Positions 53,101 through 64,000 are shown, numbered from the stretch's first letter. The stretch: DNA of 64,000 bases from Lytechinus pictus (GCF_037042905.1 NC_087245.1:11968001-12032000), one strand, 5' to 3'. Notes: generated from the sequence alone by a model not told the origin. Numbers and translations are program-made.

Positions 53101-56100
53101 TTGCACCAAGATCCAATTGCAATTGCCAACAACTCAGTGTAATCGCATCACAGGCCAGTGCACACATTGCAACAGCTCTGCAACACGCTGCAACGCCATG
53201 GCACCTATTCTTTTACACGTATGTTGTTTTCGCTGCAGCAGCACAGCAAATTGGTCATGAAGTCATAGTCTAGGACAAATCTGATTGGCTGAATAGCAAA
53301 ATTTCGGAAAAATTGCAGGAAGATTTGACATGTCAAATGTCTGAGATTGGTCTGTGATTCTCCTGCAACAAATTGGATCGCCACTGCAGCGCATTGCAGG
53401 TTGGCGCATACTCTGCGATTTTAGTGCAATCGGATCCTAGTGCAATCGCATCGCATAGTTGTGCACTGAGCTTTATAATCAATTTTAGGTCCCCAAAACA
53501 ATTATAAGTCTTGCAAATTTGCGATTGATTGCTGGCCTGATCCTTGCCTCAACAAGTATTAATTGGTTTGCTTTAGTTAGGACCGACCTATCAATTCTAA
53601 ATTTGCAACACAAGTTTGCAATCATTCGCATGTGTTCTCTTGCAACACCCCCTTCAACTTTTTAGGATGTTGTGAAATATTATAGTGGAAAAAATTGAAA
53701 TGTTACCTTGATGATGTTGTTGGACTGCCTGTCTTCTCTTTGGTGTCCGAAGCCGACTTGTCATCATGTTTATCATCAGATTCTTTAACGTGTTTATCAC
53801 TTTCAGAACTGTTCTCTGTTACAAGAGGCTTGTTGTTTCCAGAACGGTGTGTCTCCTTTGACTTGTCACCATTATGAGATGGTTCTGAATCCATTGTTCT
53901 TTCATCTTCATCCTCCATTTCAATGTCATTATCTACAATTTCATTCTCCTTTTTATTTTGAGTCCTGTCTCTTTCCTTGTCATATTTATTGTCTTTATTC
54001 CTCTCCCTTTCTCGATCACTTTCCCTTTCCTTTTCATTTCTCCTATCCTTATCCCTATCTCTGCTCCATTCTCTATCTCTATCATGATCTCTGTCGCGTT
54101 CTCTATCCCTTTCTCGGTCGCGTTCCTTATCCCTTTCGCGTTCCCTCTCCCTTTCGCGATCACGCCCCTTATCCCTTTCTCGGTCACGCTCCTTGTCCCT
54201 CTCTCGGTCGTACCTTTGCTCCGAATCCCGTTGCCTTTCCCTTTCACTGTCAATATCCCTATTCCTTTCCTTCTCCCTATATCTGTCACATTCTCTGTCC
54301 CTACAATGTGATGAGGAGTTCTTTCCACTACTTGAAACAGATGAGGATGTTGGTGTATGATTTGACGTTCCGCTTCTACTTGAGTGGTGGTTTTTCCTAT
54401 ACCTATCCTCAACAGATGACCCATGAGACGAGCTATCTGCTGTTCCTTTACTGTCCTGGTGAGTTCTTGATGTCCCTGGTGTTGTGTGCTGCAGCCTAAA
54501 GGAAGGGTGGGACGGAGAAGGTGACTGCGAGGCTACAGACATTGGCGACTGGCTTGATAACCCTACAGAAAAGAAGCACAAACGATATACAATATCTAAA
54601 TGCAAGGAATCACTAGAACTTATTTCATTTACTTATTGGACAAATGAATGTCTGACGACTAATGTCTCATTGACTTTTGAACAGTGATTGCAATAAGATT
54701 CATATTTCATTTTGCTGCTGGGGTGATAAACCTTGTACCTCAAAATGTAAAAACAGCTAAGAGAAAGCTTGATTTTAGAGGTCTTGGTATAAGTGCCATT
54801 CTTGCCTGGGAAGAAGTTCTCTACAGGAATGGGAAACAGTTTTTTTAAGGTAATGTAAGGTTGCGGTCATTGCCATATTATTTAAATACACTTTTCCTAA
54901 GAGACCATCAATATTCTTTAATTCTAAAATACGAGGTTCTCATACCTGAGCAATTATTTCCTGTCAAAATGAATAGAACTTTAATTTTAAAAAATAAAAT
55001 TTCATATCGAATGGAAAGATATCATCTCATCTCTCTGAAGAAAAGACATCATGATAATTGAAGGATTGCAAGTTACAATATGATCATAGAAAGGTCTTAA
55101 AATATGTATTATCACATTAAATGATCCATAATCATTCATGCATGACTGGTCACAATTTGCAACTAGCTGAGAAAAACAAACTTTTCTCTTCGTATTATAT
55201 ACAATTCATAAGCCTTGAATGCTTGAGCTAAAGCCGGGGTAATAATAATAGGAGGGCCTGCTTGGAGAACAGTTTTCAAAACTGAAGTGGCTTCACTGGG
55301 TAAATATACTTATATTATTATCATTATTATTGGTATTTCAAGCTTATTTCATCTCTTCCTTTTATAATTTTGTTAATGTATAGTGTACAATAATTCCTGG
55401 GGACACGATACATGTATCAACATGCTTACTTTCTGTAAGTTCATCATTCCTTTCATTTTGATGCGAGTGCCTATCTCTATCTGTTGAAGGTGACTTTGAT
55501 GGGAAAGGTTTACCATGGAACCTAGGAGTGACTGGTGATTGAGTGTCTGCAGGAGACGGTGTGCTTCGTACCCGAGGTGAATCTATCAGGAGACAATAAA
55601 GATACAAGATTCCATGACATGAGCAAATTTTGCTCCAATTGCCCAATTAAAAATCTGCACATTATAAAACTAACCTAATTTTAAACCTTAATATGTACTG
55701 TGCATAAGTGCATGCGCTACGTGACTGACTGATGATTGACAGCTGCATGCAAATTATGTTGATCATCTTCATAATAGCCGACAGTATTATAACAAACCCA
55801 TTCAACAGCGCCCTCTCAAATCCTTGGAATGCATACCTTTGAAAGCAAAAGAATGTACTTGCAGCTAACAATTATTTCATGAGTAAGTGTTTAAAATCAA
55901 GGTTAATTATCACCTTATTCTGGTACAACATAAACTTACCTTTGTGAAATCATGAAATCTTAGCTGAAAACTGACAACACTTGTGATCATTAATGTAGAA
56001 AAGCATATATGGGACAGGGTATTAATCTTCCTTGGAAAAATACCCAACATTTGATGGAATTCCATGTTTATTTTGCTCATTTCTCAGCAATTACACATTT

Positions 56101-59100
56101 TTTCCAGTGCTATCTAGCACATTTTTTTTTTTCTTACATACAAACACTTGGATGGTCATTATATTGGATTCTGCTTGAACTCATTTTGAGATCATAACCC
56201 AAAGTGGCGTTTCTCTTTTATGTCACTTAAGGTATCAAAGATTGACAAAGTAATCTTTACTTATTTTGTGACAAGATATTTCACTGAAGGTGATGTTGTG
56301 TTCTCAATGCAGGAGAGATTGAAGAATATTGAATTCAAACTTTCAAACTGGAAATAGATGACAAGAGTGTAATTCAACATAGTCTAGATGTCAGCTAGAA
56401 CTGATCAATGGCCTAAAAGCGATCTTGAACTATTGATTCTGTTCAAAGTAATAGATAAAATAGACGAGGACCTCAAGGCATTTTTCTTTAAGTCTGTTTA
56501 AAATTTTTGTAAAGATTCAATGAAGTGACTGCTATTTGATTACTCTAATATTACAATCTCACAAATATTCATTAATTATCTTCCATTTACCATTTCTTTA
56601 TGAAAATGTTAATTAGGCCATTAATCAGCACCCTCTCTCTATTTGATATCATTTTGACTCTCCAACCATATACCTCATAAAGATAGTATTTATATTTCAC
56701 AAAGGTATATAAAGACATTGTTTCCATATATTTCCCCATTCCATGCTTGAAAAATGGATTTACACCAAAAGAATTATGGAAATCGCTTGGGATCTGATTT
56801 TTATGATTCAACAATCATAGATCTTAGACTGCATTTCTCATACAACCTATGTTCTATGATATACTAGTACTCTTTCAGCTAATCTTTAAGTTAATTTAAA
56901 CTTATTCGAGGAAAATAAATGCGAACACTTAATACATACTTGGAGATTGGCAGAAACCCAATTGTTTACTCACCGTTATCAGACCCTTTGGGAGGATGTG
57001 AAGCAGCTACAAGATTTTTTAGCCTTCCATACATATCAGTCGCTAGTGACACTGGCATCCTTAAATTGCCTGCCTGCATATCCCTTTTTGAATGCTCATT
57101 ATAATCATTCTGAGTCTTTTCTGTGTTAGGTGGCCTGGATATAGACGATTGGGGATGGCCCGTTGATTTGGGTTGATATTCATGACCCTGTTCTACACGT
57201 TGACTAGAGTGAGACGAGGATGACAATGAAGTTGATTGGCTGCTAGTAGATTTAGCTTGCTGTGATTGGCTGGTTGAGTAACCTGTATTGGTACTGGATG
57301 ACGAAGAATGTGAAGAGGCCGGCTTAGCATGTGGACTGTGAAGCTGAGGTTTGCCCTTTGTCTGGCTGATGTTAGATTTTCTATCCTGCAAGTGATTGTC
57401 AGCTTGTTTCTCAGCTTTATCTGAGGTGCGAGCTTCTCGCTCAATTTCATCAGGCTTGCAATCGCTGGAATGCTTGTCATTTGGTAAAGCTGTAAAAAAA
57501 AGGGTTGGGAAACAGTACATTAATGCAACTGGAAAAATGCTTACACAAAACACCATCTCGTGGCAATACCTCATATCAATAATTTCATGGAAAATCTCTT
57601 TTTGTTTTAATGACTACATAACAATCTATCAAGTAATTAATCTTCACTGTCCTTAACATTCAACGATACATGAAAGGTGACTTCTTTGGTGGGTTTGGGG
57701 TTTTTGTAAATTTTTCCCTTTCTATGAAAGTGCTGTGCAATGGCCTTGGAGAAGACCGAAACTGAAGACCTTAATGTCAGTCAACTGGGGGTGGGGGGGT
57801 ATGCAGATCACAGCCTAGCTCATGATAAAGAAACATTATTCTACTGACACAAAATATTGAACACTGTCCTCTAAAAGGATTTTGATATTCCTCTGACAAA
57901 TTCACTTCAGACAAATTTGAATTCATTTTTCCACATGATATGAAAACTAGTATACAACACATAAGAGGTTTTCCTGGCTCTCTTTATAAAGCCATTGCCT
58001 TCATCAAGCAAGAAATCAACTATTTATCATACATAAGAAGTTAACTAGAAATCCACAGACTTAATTTTCTTTGTAAATGACAGGGTTTGATGTGAGTTTA
58101 CATACCTTTAGAGGACGCAGTAGGGGTAGTTGATGGTTGGTGAGGTGAATCACTGGCACCCAATTTTCCTGTACCGACGACTCGTTGAAGCTTTTCTCTG
58201 GAAAAAAAAAGAAATATGATTCAAAACTTTATATCAAGAGGAAGAGTATATTCGTAAATGAGAAACATTCAATAAAAAAATGTACTTTTATCCACTTGTT
58301 TTTCTATATAACATCTTTTCAGCATTTCATTTGCACTCATGCACAAACATTTGTACACACTTCCATATTAAACCATTCATAGTAGCTAACTTACATAAAC
58401 ATTGTTCATTACAAGCATGCATATTGCTTGATTGGGCTATTCCATGTTGATCAGCTCACTTCTAGATTGCACTAAAAAAGCTTGAAGAGTCCCAAAGCCT
58501 TGAATGAAACAAAGCTTATCAGTTCAAACAGAAATCAAACATTCTTGTTCAGTGAAAATGGCTTATTTTCTGGTTATTTCATTTCCAAGGGTAATATCAC
58601 CATGAGTGTATAAAAGTATAAAAAAACATTTGTAATGAAAGAGTTCGGTAAAATAAAACAAATATGTTCTCAGTACTGAATGGTACAAAGGAAGAAAAGG
58701 AGACACAGGCTAACACACTCTTAAAATACTGGTAACAGATTTACATTGCCCATGTGCCTATGGCTTCATACTATACAGCCTATTAACAATTCTCGCTACC
58801 CCAAATAGCGATTTCGCCGAGATCCGGGAAAATCCCTGTAACGTGCATTGCATTATGGGATAGCTTTTTCGGTATTACAACTTCCTGTTCGGAAGTCCAA
58901 CGCACTGTTTTGCCATTTAGATCAACAGTGCCGTCATGCACAACAACACAACGTAGCTTTCGCTCAGAAAGTTCGTGATCACAACCCTCTCTTTCACTAA
59001 CAGTTTTACAGCCTTTTCTGCTAAAGTCACTAATTCTGCCTGACGCTTTCCATTGCACGGTATTCATCTGTCAGTTAAGATTTTTTTAAGTTCCGAAACT

Positions 59101-62100
59101 GATTTTTATCCATTTTGTGGTCGACGAAAAATTGAACGAAATGAATGCTGAATATATTTAGTGTCTAGTTGAATACGATCGTGATGTCAGGCCGGTCGCT
59201 AAATGCAAAATTTTAAGATATTCATTATTTGTTTGATTTTTTTATAACCAAATAAAAACATGAATAAAAATTATTCTCACGTGAAATATATTTTTTATTT
59301 TTATTTATAATTCAAATGAAATCAAAACTGACCAAATGTAAAACAAAGTATTATACTCTGTACATATTACGCTGATTGGCATCGATTTCAGCGTGGTGGA
59401 AAACTCAGTATCGCGAACCTCGCGCGAGCATGACTCTAAACCGGAAGTGGTGATGACGACCCGACGGAGTGAAAATTATCTCGTCTCGCGCATTATGAGA
59501 TTTTTGTTCCTATTCGGGGTAGCGAGAATTAAATGATAGACAAAAAATCAATACATCATCAAAGATCAGAATATCCAGGCATCCTGTTCATTGTGCTTTA
59601 TAGTAATGCCTTTGTGTACTAAACACACTGCACAGTGAGTGTGGGGCCAACTTCCTTTGATTTCTCCTAGTTTTTTTGCTTTTTCTTATGGGATTATCAT
59701 GGTCTTAGTAATGCTGGAAAGCATATTCAATTATCTGAACTAAAAAAATCAGCAACAGTCACAAGAATGTCAAATTATGACAATATCTCCTTCATTTCAT
59801 TGGCAATTGAAATATATTTATAAAAAACAAATATCACACAAACAAAATTAGTATACATGTAGCAATAAATGAGAAAAAGGTTTATAAAGAGAACTCACTT
59901 TGATTCGAACATTGCTTCGAAAATTCCAAATGCAAGTTACATACACATGTATAGCACTCTAAATGAGTTTGTGAAATGAAATTTATTTTAAAATAATGTG
60001 GAGTTCTAATGGTCCACGGAAAAAGCATAGCAACCTTGTATAACATTGGCCATGTTTCTAATGCATTTTAATCCAAGACCACCAAGTCCACGGCTGAGGA
60101 TGCCCACTCGACTGGGTCTCAAAGACCCTCTTATTGAGCGCCTTTAAGCCCCCCCCCCCCTTGTGTTGTAATATAGAAATGTAGCTGGTTGAAAGTTGGC
60201 CAATATTGACATCTGAGGCCAGTGTAAGCATTGAGCTTCTTATTAGGCCTATATAAGTTTTGATAAGATTTCAGCATTATTACATGTAATAAAGCTGTAA
60301 TAGAAAGTTGATGGCCTGGTCAATATTTGTTCCGGTGTGTGGCCAGACTGTTAAACACAAGTTCATATAAGTCATAGTGTGACTTCTATACCTGACCATT
60401 CTTGGAACTATCAAAGTTTGACTTTCTCCCCATCTCTTGATTTTTAAAGGCACTAGAGCAGGTAAGTCAAATTGCACAAAACTTGCCATATGACTTTGCT
60501 AAGCAAGGCAACTATATGTAACCACAGTTCAATTGCTATCATAAGCATGGTTTGAATCAACAAATACCAATTATTACAAATTTACCAATAAAAATTACAT
60601 GTGAATGTATTATGCAATAGAACCTTACAGAACCAAAGACACAAGCCTTATTGCAGAGAAATTGCCATTAAAGATAACTTTGATAACTTGTATGGTATCA
60701 CAGCTCAGACACAAATCAAAGCAAGGTGTCTAAATGAAATACAAATGATCAAAATGGTAGATTTGATGAAATAAGATCAGAGAATCTCTTACCTCTCAAC
60801 CCATTCCTTTGGCTTTTCCCATTGTGACACTTCTGTTCTACAGTTGTAGTAATACTTCTTTCCTGATGAACTCTTGTGTTCAGACCACTCTTTGGCCTTT
60901 TCCAAAATCTAGAGGGATAATTGAAGAAGGAAAACGAGAGAGGGACAAAAACAGAGATATTTAACAGTCATCCCAATGTAAGTCATGTGACTTTCATTCA
61001 AAAAATTAATCTTTGTCAAGATTAACTGCTTAAAGATTCTATTTTGCTACAAGTTACTGTCTAATCAACCAATTAAATTTGCTTGATATCAAGCTCACAA
61101 CTCCTATTTCTGAAAAATTCTGGAATTCTCATTTTAAAGCCATTCAAAAAGAAAAAAACCTTTCCTGGAGAAATTACAGTGGTACTCGATAAAAGCTGAC
61201 TGGTACTGTACATGCAACAAGAACCATTAGGAGAAAACCTGAACTTACTGTTTTGATATGCCGTTCATGGTCAGCTGAATGGTGTGAATTTGGAGGAGTA
61301 TGGAATTGATGATTTGCCGTCTTGTTCTCTGTATTTTGAGTAGAGTTGGCTGAATTGACAGCAGCATCATCTGTAAGTGGAATATTTAAAAGAAAAAATA
61401 CAGTAAAAAAGTGATCCACAGTTCAACAAAGATAAAATATCCTTTATATTAATAATATAAGTCAGTCCTAACTCTTATTCTATCCCTCAACGTTTCACAA
61501 AATATGAAATCAAGCAATTTCATGCTTACCATGAGTGAAATTACCGGTAACTATACAATTTTGTAGAATATGTCAATGGTGACAAACCTGCCTCATTTTA
61601 TTGTAAATACATGTACAACACACATCCTATGACCAAGTGAGAGTGAATTATACATGTAGATCAATGATTTTTAAGTACACACTGGCCAAGATGCATTTAA
61701 TTTTAAAAATGAATTCTCATGACAAACAAAATATTATCAGCAACTATACCTGTCTACTAAAATTTACTTAAATCTGCGGATATTGTACTGCACATAAAAA
61801 AAAGACACTTGAAAATGTACCAAGTGCTCTAAATTGCTTGTCATAATCATCTCAGTTACTGTCATAAGAGTACCACATGGACCACATGTATGATTGAAGC
61901 TTTATTTTCACTGAATTCAATGACCATTTGAAAACATAAATTTAAGTACATACACTTATTTTGAATAATTACATAGGGGAAGGCGGGGTAAGCTGAGCAT
62001 AGGGGCAAGTTGAGCCACCACCCCCAGGCCAATAATGAATGAGTCGGACATTGTGGTGGCGTCATGTATTGATGACCCATTATATTACCCCTAACCCCAC

Positions 62101-63731
62101 CACAATGTTTTCAACTTTGAAACAAAAAGTACTCTTTTTGAGGGAAAAATACAAATTTCAGCCAAAAAAGTAAAAAAGGGTGTGAAATAGATAAGTGCTT
62201 TTTACACACACACACACACACGTCTTTAAATATAATACAGACATGAGAACAACATTGTTAGTCCAGGTATGGATCTTCATTCTTGCTATAGTCTTTTAAA
62301 TGATGGATGCATAAGAAATGTGTGGATGCGAAATTATCGCATTAAGTTCGGACTGGGGTAAGTTGAGCCAGCCAACATGGGGCAAGTTGAGCCATGGTAC
62401 TTCTTATGGTAATGTATATATATATTTTAAAAAAAAACATTAAAAAGCCATAGATATGCAGGCAGAAAGGAGCAAGTTTGCATGACGTTCTTTTCCTTTT
62501 AGAGGATGTTAGTATTTATAGAGAATTAGCAAGTGAAAAGACTTTAAATAAAATAATTGACATGCTGGTTCTTCCCCCATACATTTTGTACGTAGTTTTT
62601 GTGGCTCAACTTACCCCCAGAAGGTGGCTCAACTTACCCCACATATGGGGCAAGTTGAGTCATTTGACATCTATTTTTTCAAAGGTGACAATGACTTTCA
62701 GTGTGGGTGTAGAAAGTTATGTATAGGTGAAAAATATTTCATCAGAAATAAATTTTATGGCAAGGTACTTATTTCTACAAAATTATTAATCATATCAGTT
62801 CTAACATGCAAAAAGCAAGAATTTTCACAACTTACCCCGCCTTCCCCTACTCTTGTCCTTGTTATACACAGTGCTCAAAGTGTATGAAAGATATGTATGA
62901 AGCAATGTTTTCACTTCACATTCTTGCATAAAAAAATCTTGATGTCCCATTTTTAAGTAAGAGTAAACATGATAGTTTGATAAACAATAAGAACTTAATA
63001 TTTGATTGAATTTTAGAAACATCAACTAAATGTCTTTCTTCATCCCTTTTCTTTTTAAAGTATTATATTTTAAAAGTTCTTGAGTACTTTGTAATAGAAT
63101 CATTTGACTTTTTTCCCCTGAAATGATTAGCCTTCAGTTTTTCTATTTGTTAGGGAAAAGGTTCATTATTTTTCTACCGTAATTGCCAAATTTACATTGA
63201 ATTAAAAGACTTTCTCTTAAAATCATCGCTAACAGTGAAACAACTCGTAAATATAAGATTTTCGCATTGAACAGATTGCAACAAGAATGATCACCTGGTT
63301 TGCCTTTATCTTTCTGTCGCTGCAAGTACATGTTTTTACTGATGACGTTCCTAGGACTGTTTTGAGTAGATGCTGGATGGCCGTCAGTGTTTTGATTGGT
63401 TGATATATGGCTTCCAGTAGCCGATGATGAAGGCACAGGTTTCTTTCTCTCCCTTTCCAGTGCCACCTCAGTGATATCAAGATTGTTTGAGTGGTTCTCA
63501 ACACCCTGCTGTAATATCAACAACAAACACAACTTAATCAACTACTAGTATGCACTCATGTACACGCATACAGAGATGGTAGAACTCCAACCCCCCCCCC
63601 CAAAAAAAAAAAAAAAATGGGGTCAAATAAAAAAAAAATCTTTGCACATTTTGCATTTCGTTATAAATGATTAATAAAGATATTACTTTCAACTGACCTG
63701 GAAAAGATGGGCATCATTCCTTTCATGGAAC
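50124..63731 (-). CDS. WAC: WW domain-containing adaptor with coiled-coil (5'-partial). Coding exons: 63698-63731, 63295-63505, 61249-61370, 60793-60908, 58106-58197, 56974-57489, 55430-55582, 53707-54562, 51839-52052, 51326-51453, 50124-50193
   Basis: Phase-compatible GT-AG exons totalling 2512 nt. WW domain [30 protein letters not shown] and C-terminal coiled coil [43 protein letters not shown] closely match vertebrate WAC as remembered. First coding exon lies outside the window. Confidence 0.95.
51326..51453 (-). CDS. WAC: WAC exon 11, coiled coil (AAKASDEIH...[18 protein letters not shown])
   Basis: ORF 51322..51513; acceptor taaccag, donor AG|gtgaga. Confidence 0.95.
51839..52052 (-). 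CDS. WAC: WAC exon 10 (ETNGEE...[16 protein letters not shown])
   Basis: ORF 51701..52096; tandem TAGTAG acceptor (start 52055 or 52052), donor CAG|gtaacc; H..GW....EKQ motif of WAC. Confidence 0.93.
53075..53472. mobile_element. PIF/Harbinger-like MITE with TTA target duplication
   Basis: TTA|cgcccagcgcacactatgc ... gcatagttgtgcactgagct|TTA; internal tgca/cgca-rich repeats. Confidence 0.7.
53707..54562 (-). CDS. WAC: WAC exon 9, Ser-rich plus long RD/RE mixed-charge tract
   Basis: ORF 53703..54605; acceptor ttctgtag, donor AG|gtaaca; 856 nt, phase 1 to 2. Confidence 0.88.
55430..55582 (-). CDS. WAC: WAC exon 8 ([11 protein letters not shown]...NDELTE)
   Basis: ORF 55362..55646; acceptor ctgatag, donor A|gtaagc. 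Confidence 0.83.
56974..57489 (-). CDS. WAC: WAC exon 7, Ser/Thr/Gln-rich disordered region
   Basis: ORF 56966..57574; acceptor ttttacag, donor G|gtgagt. Confidence 0.88.
58106..58197 (-). CDS. WAC: WAC exon 6 ([30 protein letters not shown])
   Basis: Acceptor ttttccag, donor G|gtatgt; phase 2 to 1. Confidence 0.85.
58792..59526. mobile_element. 735-bp non-autonomous DNA transposon flanked by AATT (possibly Sola1-like)
   Basis: AATT|CTCGCTACCCCAAATAG ... CTATTCGGGGTAGCGAG|AATT; CpG-rich interior inside a CpG-poor intron; superfamily tentative. Confidence 0.8.
60793..60908 (-). CDS. WAC: WAC exon 5, WW domain
   Basis: [39 protein letters not shown]; acceptor cctctag, donor AG|gtaaga. Confidence 0.97.
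61249..61370 (-). CDS. WAC: WAC exon 4 ([10 protein letters not shown]...HERHIKT)
   Basis: Acceptor cttacag, donor ACA|gtaagt; phase 1 to 0. Confidence 0.85.
61976..62847. mobile_element. 872-bp TA-flanked pogo/Tc1-mariner-type MITE in WAC intron 3
   Basis: TA|GGGGAAGGCGGGGTAAG ... CTTACCCCGCCTTCCCC|TA perfect 17-bp TIR; multiple internal GGGG(C/T)AAGTTGAGCCA motifs in both orientations; (CA)n at about 62204-62221. Confidence 0.92.
63295..63505 (-). CDS. WAC: WAC exon 3 ([10 protein letters not shown]...KDKGKP)
   Basis: ORF 63143..63541; tandem CAGCAG acceptor (start 63508 or 63505), donor G|gtgatc. Confidence 0.82.
63698..63731 (-). CDS. WAC: WAC exon 2 ([11 protein letters not shown])
   Basis: Acceptor tttttacag, donor CAG|gtcagt; resembles the short second exon of vertebrate WAC (CHDRRGDSQPYQ). 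Confidence 0.75.
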
Positions 63732-63930
63732 CTGTAAAAACAACAGAAAAAAGGACATACATGTAAGAATACATATTTTATACTCATTTTACATGAAGTA
63801 TGGAAGGGTCATGTGCTTCTTATTTCCCCTTTAAATTATGGGAGATCCCTCTCCCTTATGATTGCATTACTAAAAAAACCTAGAAGTCTTTGCAGTGACA
63901 CAAAAATTCATCTATCTGCAACGATGCATG

Positions 63931-64000
63931 AAAAATACAAGTGGAACACCTTTGGCAGTCTTGCCTGCATTATGTAAATAGCAGCAGTGCTGACTTTGAA
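63931..64000. mobile_element. Start of a second, more diverged HINE-like copy (truncated by the window end) in WAC intron 1
   Basis: acaagtggaacacctttggcagtcttgcctgcat...atagcagcagtgctgactttgaa aligns with 47224-47293. Confidence 0.8.

Noticed and set aside
52946..53273. Cys-rich ORFs (104 and 81 aa)
   Set aside because: They overlap the TGCA-rich MITE at 53075-53472; the cysteines come from its internal repeats.
53695..54687. Long alternative-frame and antisense ORFs (216, 163 and 117 aa) overlapping WAC exon 9
   Set aside because: Stop-poor shadows of the low-complexity RD/RE coding sequence.

Overview
AT-rich, intron-rich animal genomic DNA. The repeat content looks echinoid (sea-urchin-like), but that is an inference. 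Two convergent protein-coding genes fill the window. (1) On the + strand is an apparently complete 15-coding-exon MAGUK p55-subfamily gene, MPP7-like (L27-L27-PDZ-SH3-HOOK-GUK). It runs from about 1644 to 38973 and gives about 575 aa when spliced by hand, with all intron phases compatible. (2) On the - strand is WAC (WW domain-containing adaptor with coiled-coil), coding exons 2-12 at 63731 down to 50124; exon 1 lies beyond the window end. Introns and the 11-kb inter-stop interval carry many non-autonomous DNA transposons (TA-, TTAA-, AATT- and 3-bp-TSD MITEs), a Helentron/HINE-like element with an internal tandem array, SINE/LINE tails and microsatellites. No transposase ORF, RNA gene or CRISPR array was found. 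Two observations stand out. MPP7 and WAC are also neighbours in human. Palindromic TA-NN-NN-TA octamers (TACATGTA at least 33 copies, TAGGCCTA, TAGATCTA) match the predicted excision footprints of three TA-targeting element termini seen in this window, and TACATGTA and TAGGCCTA are strongly over-represented. All coordinates and counts were read by eye.
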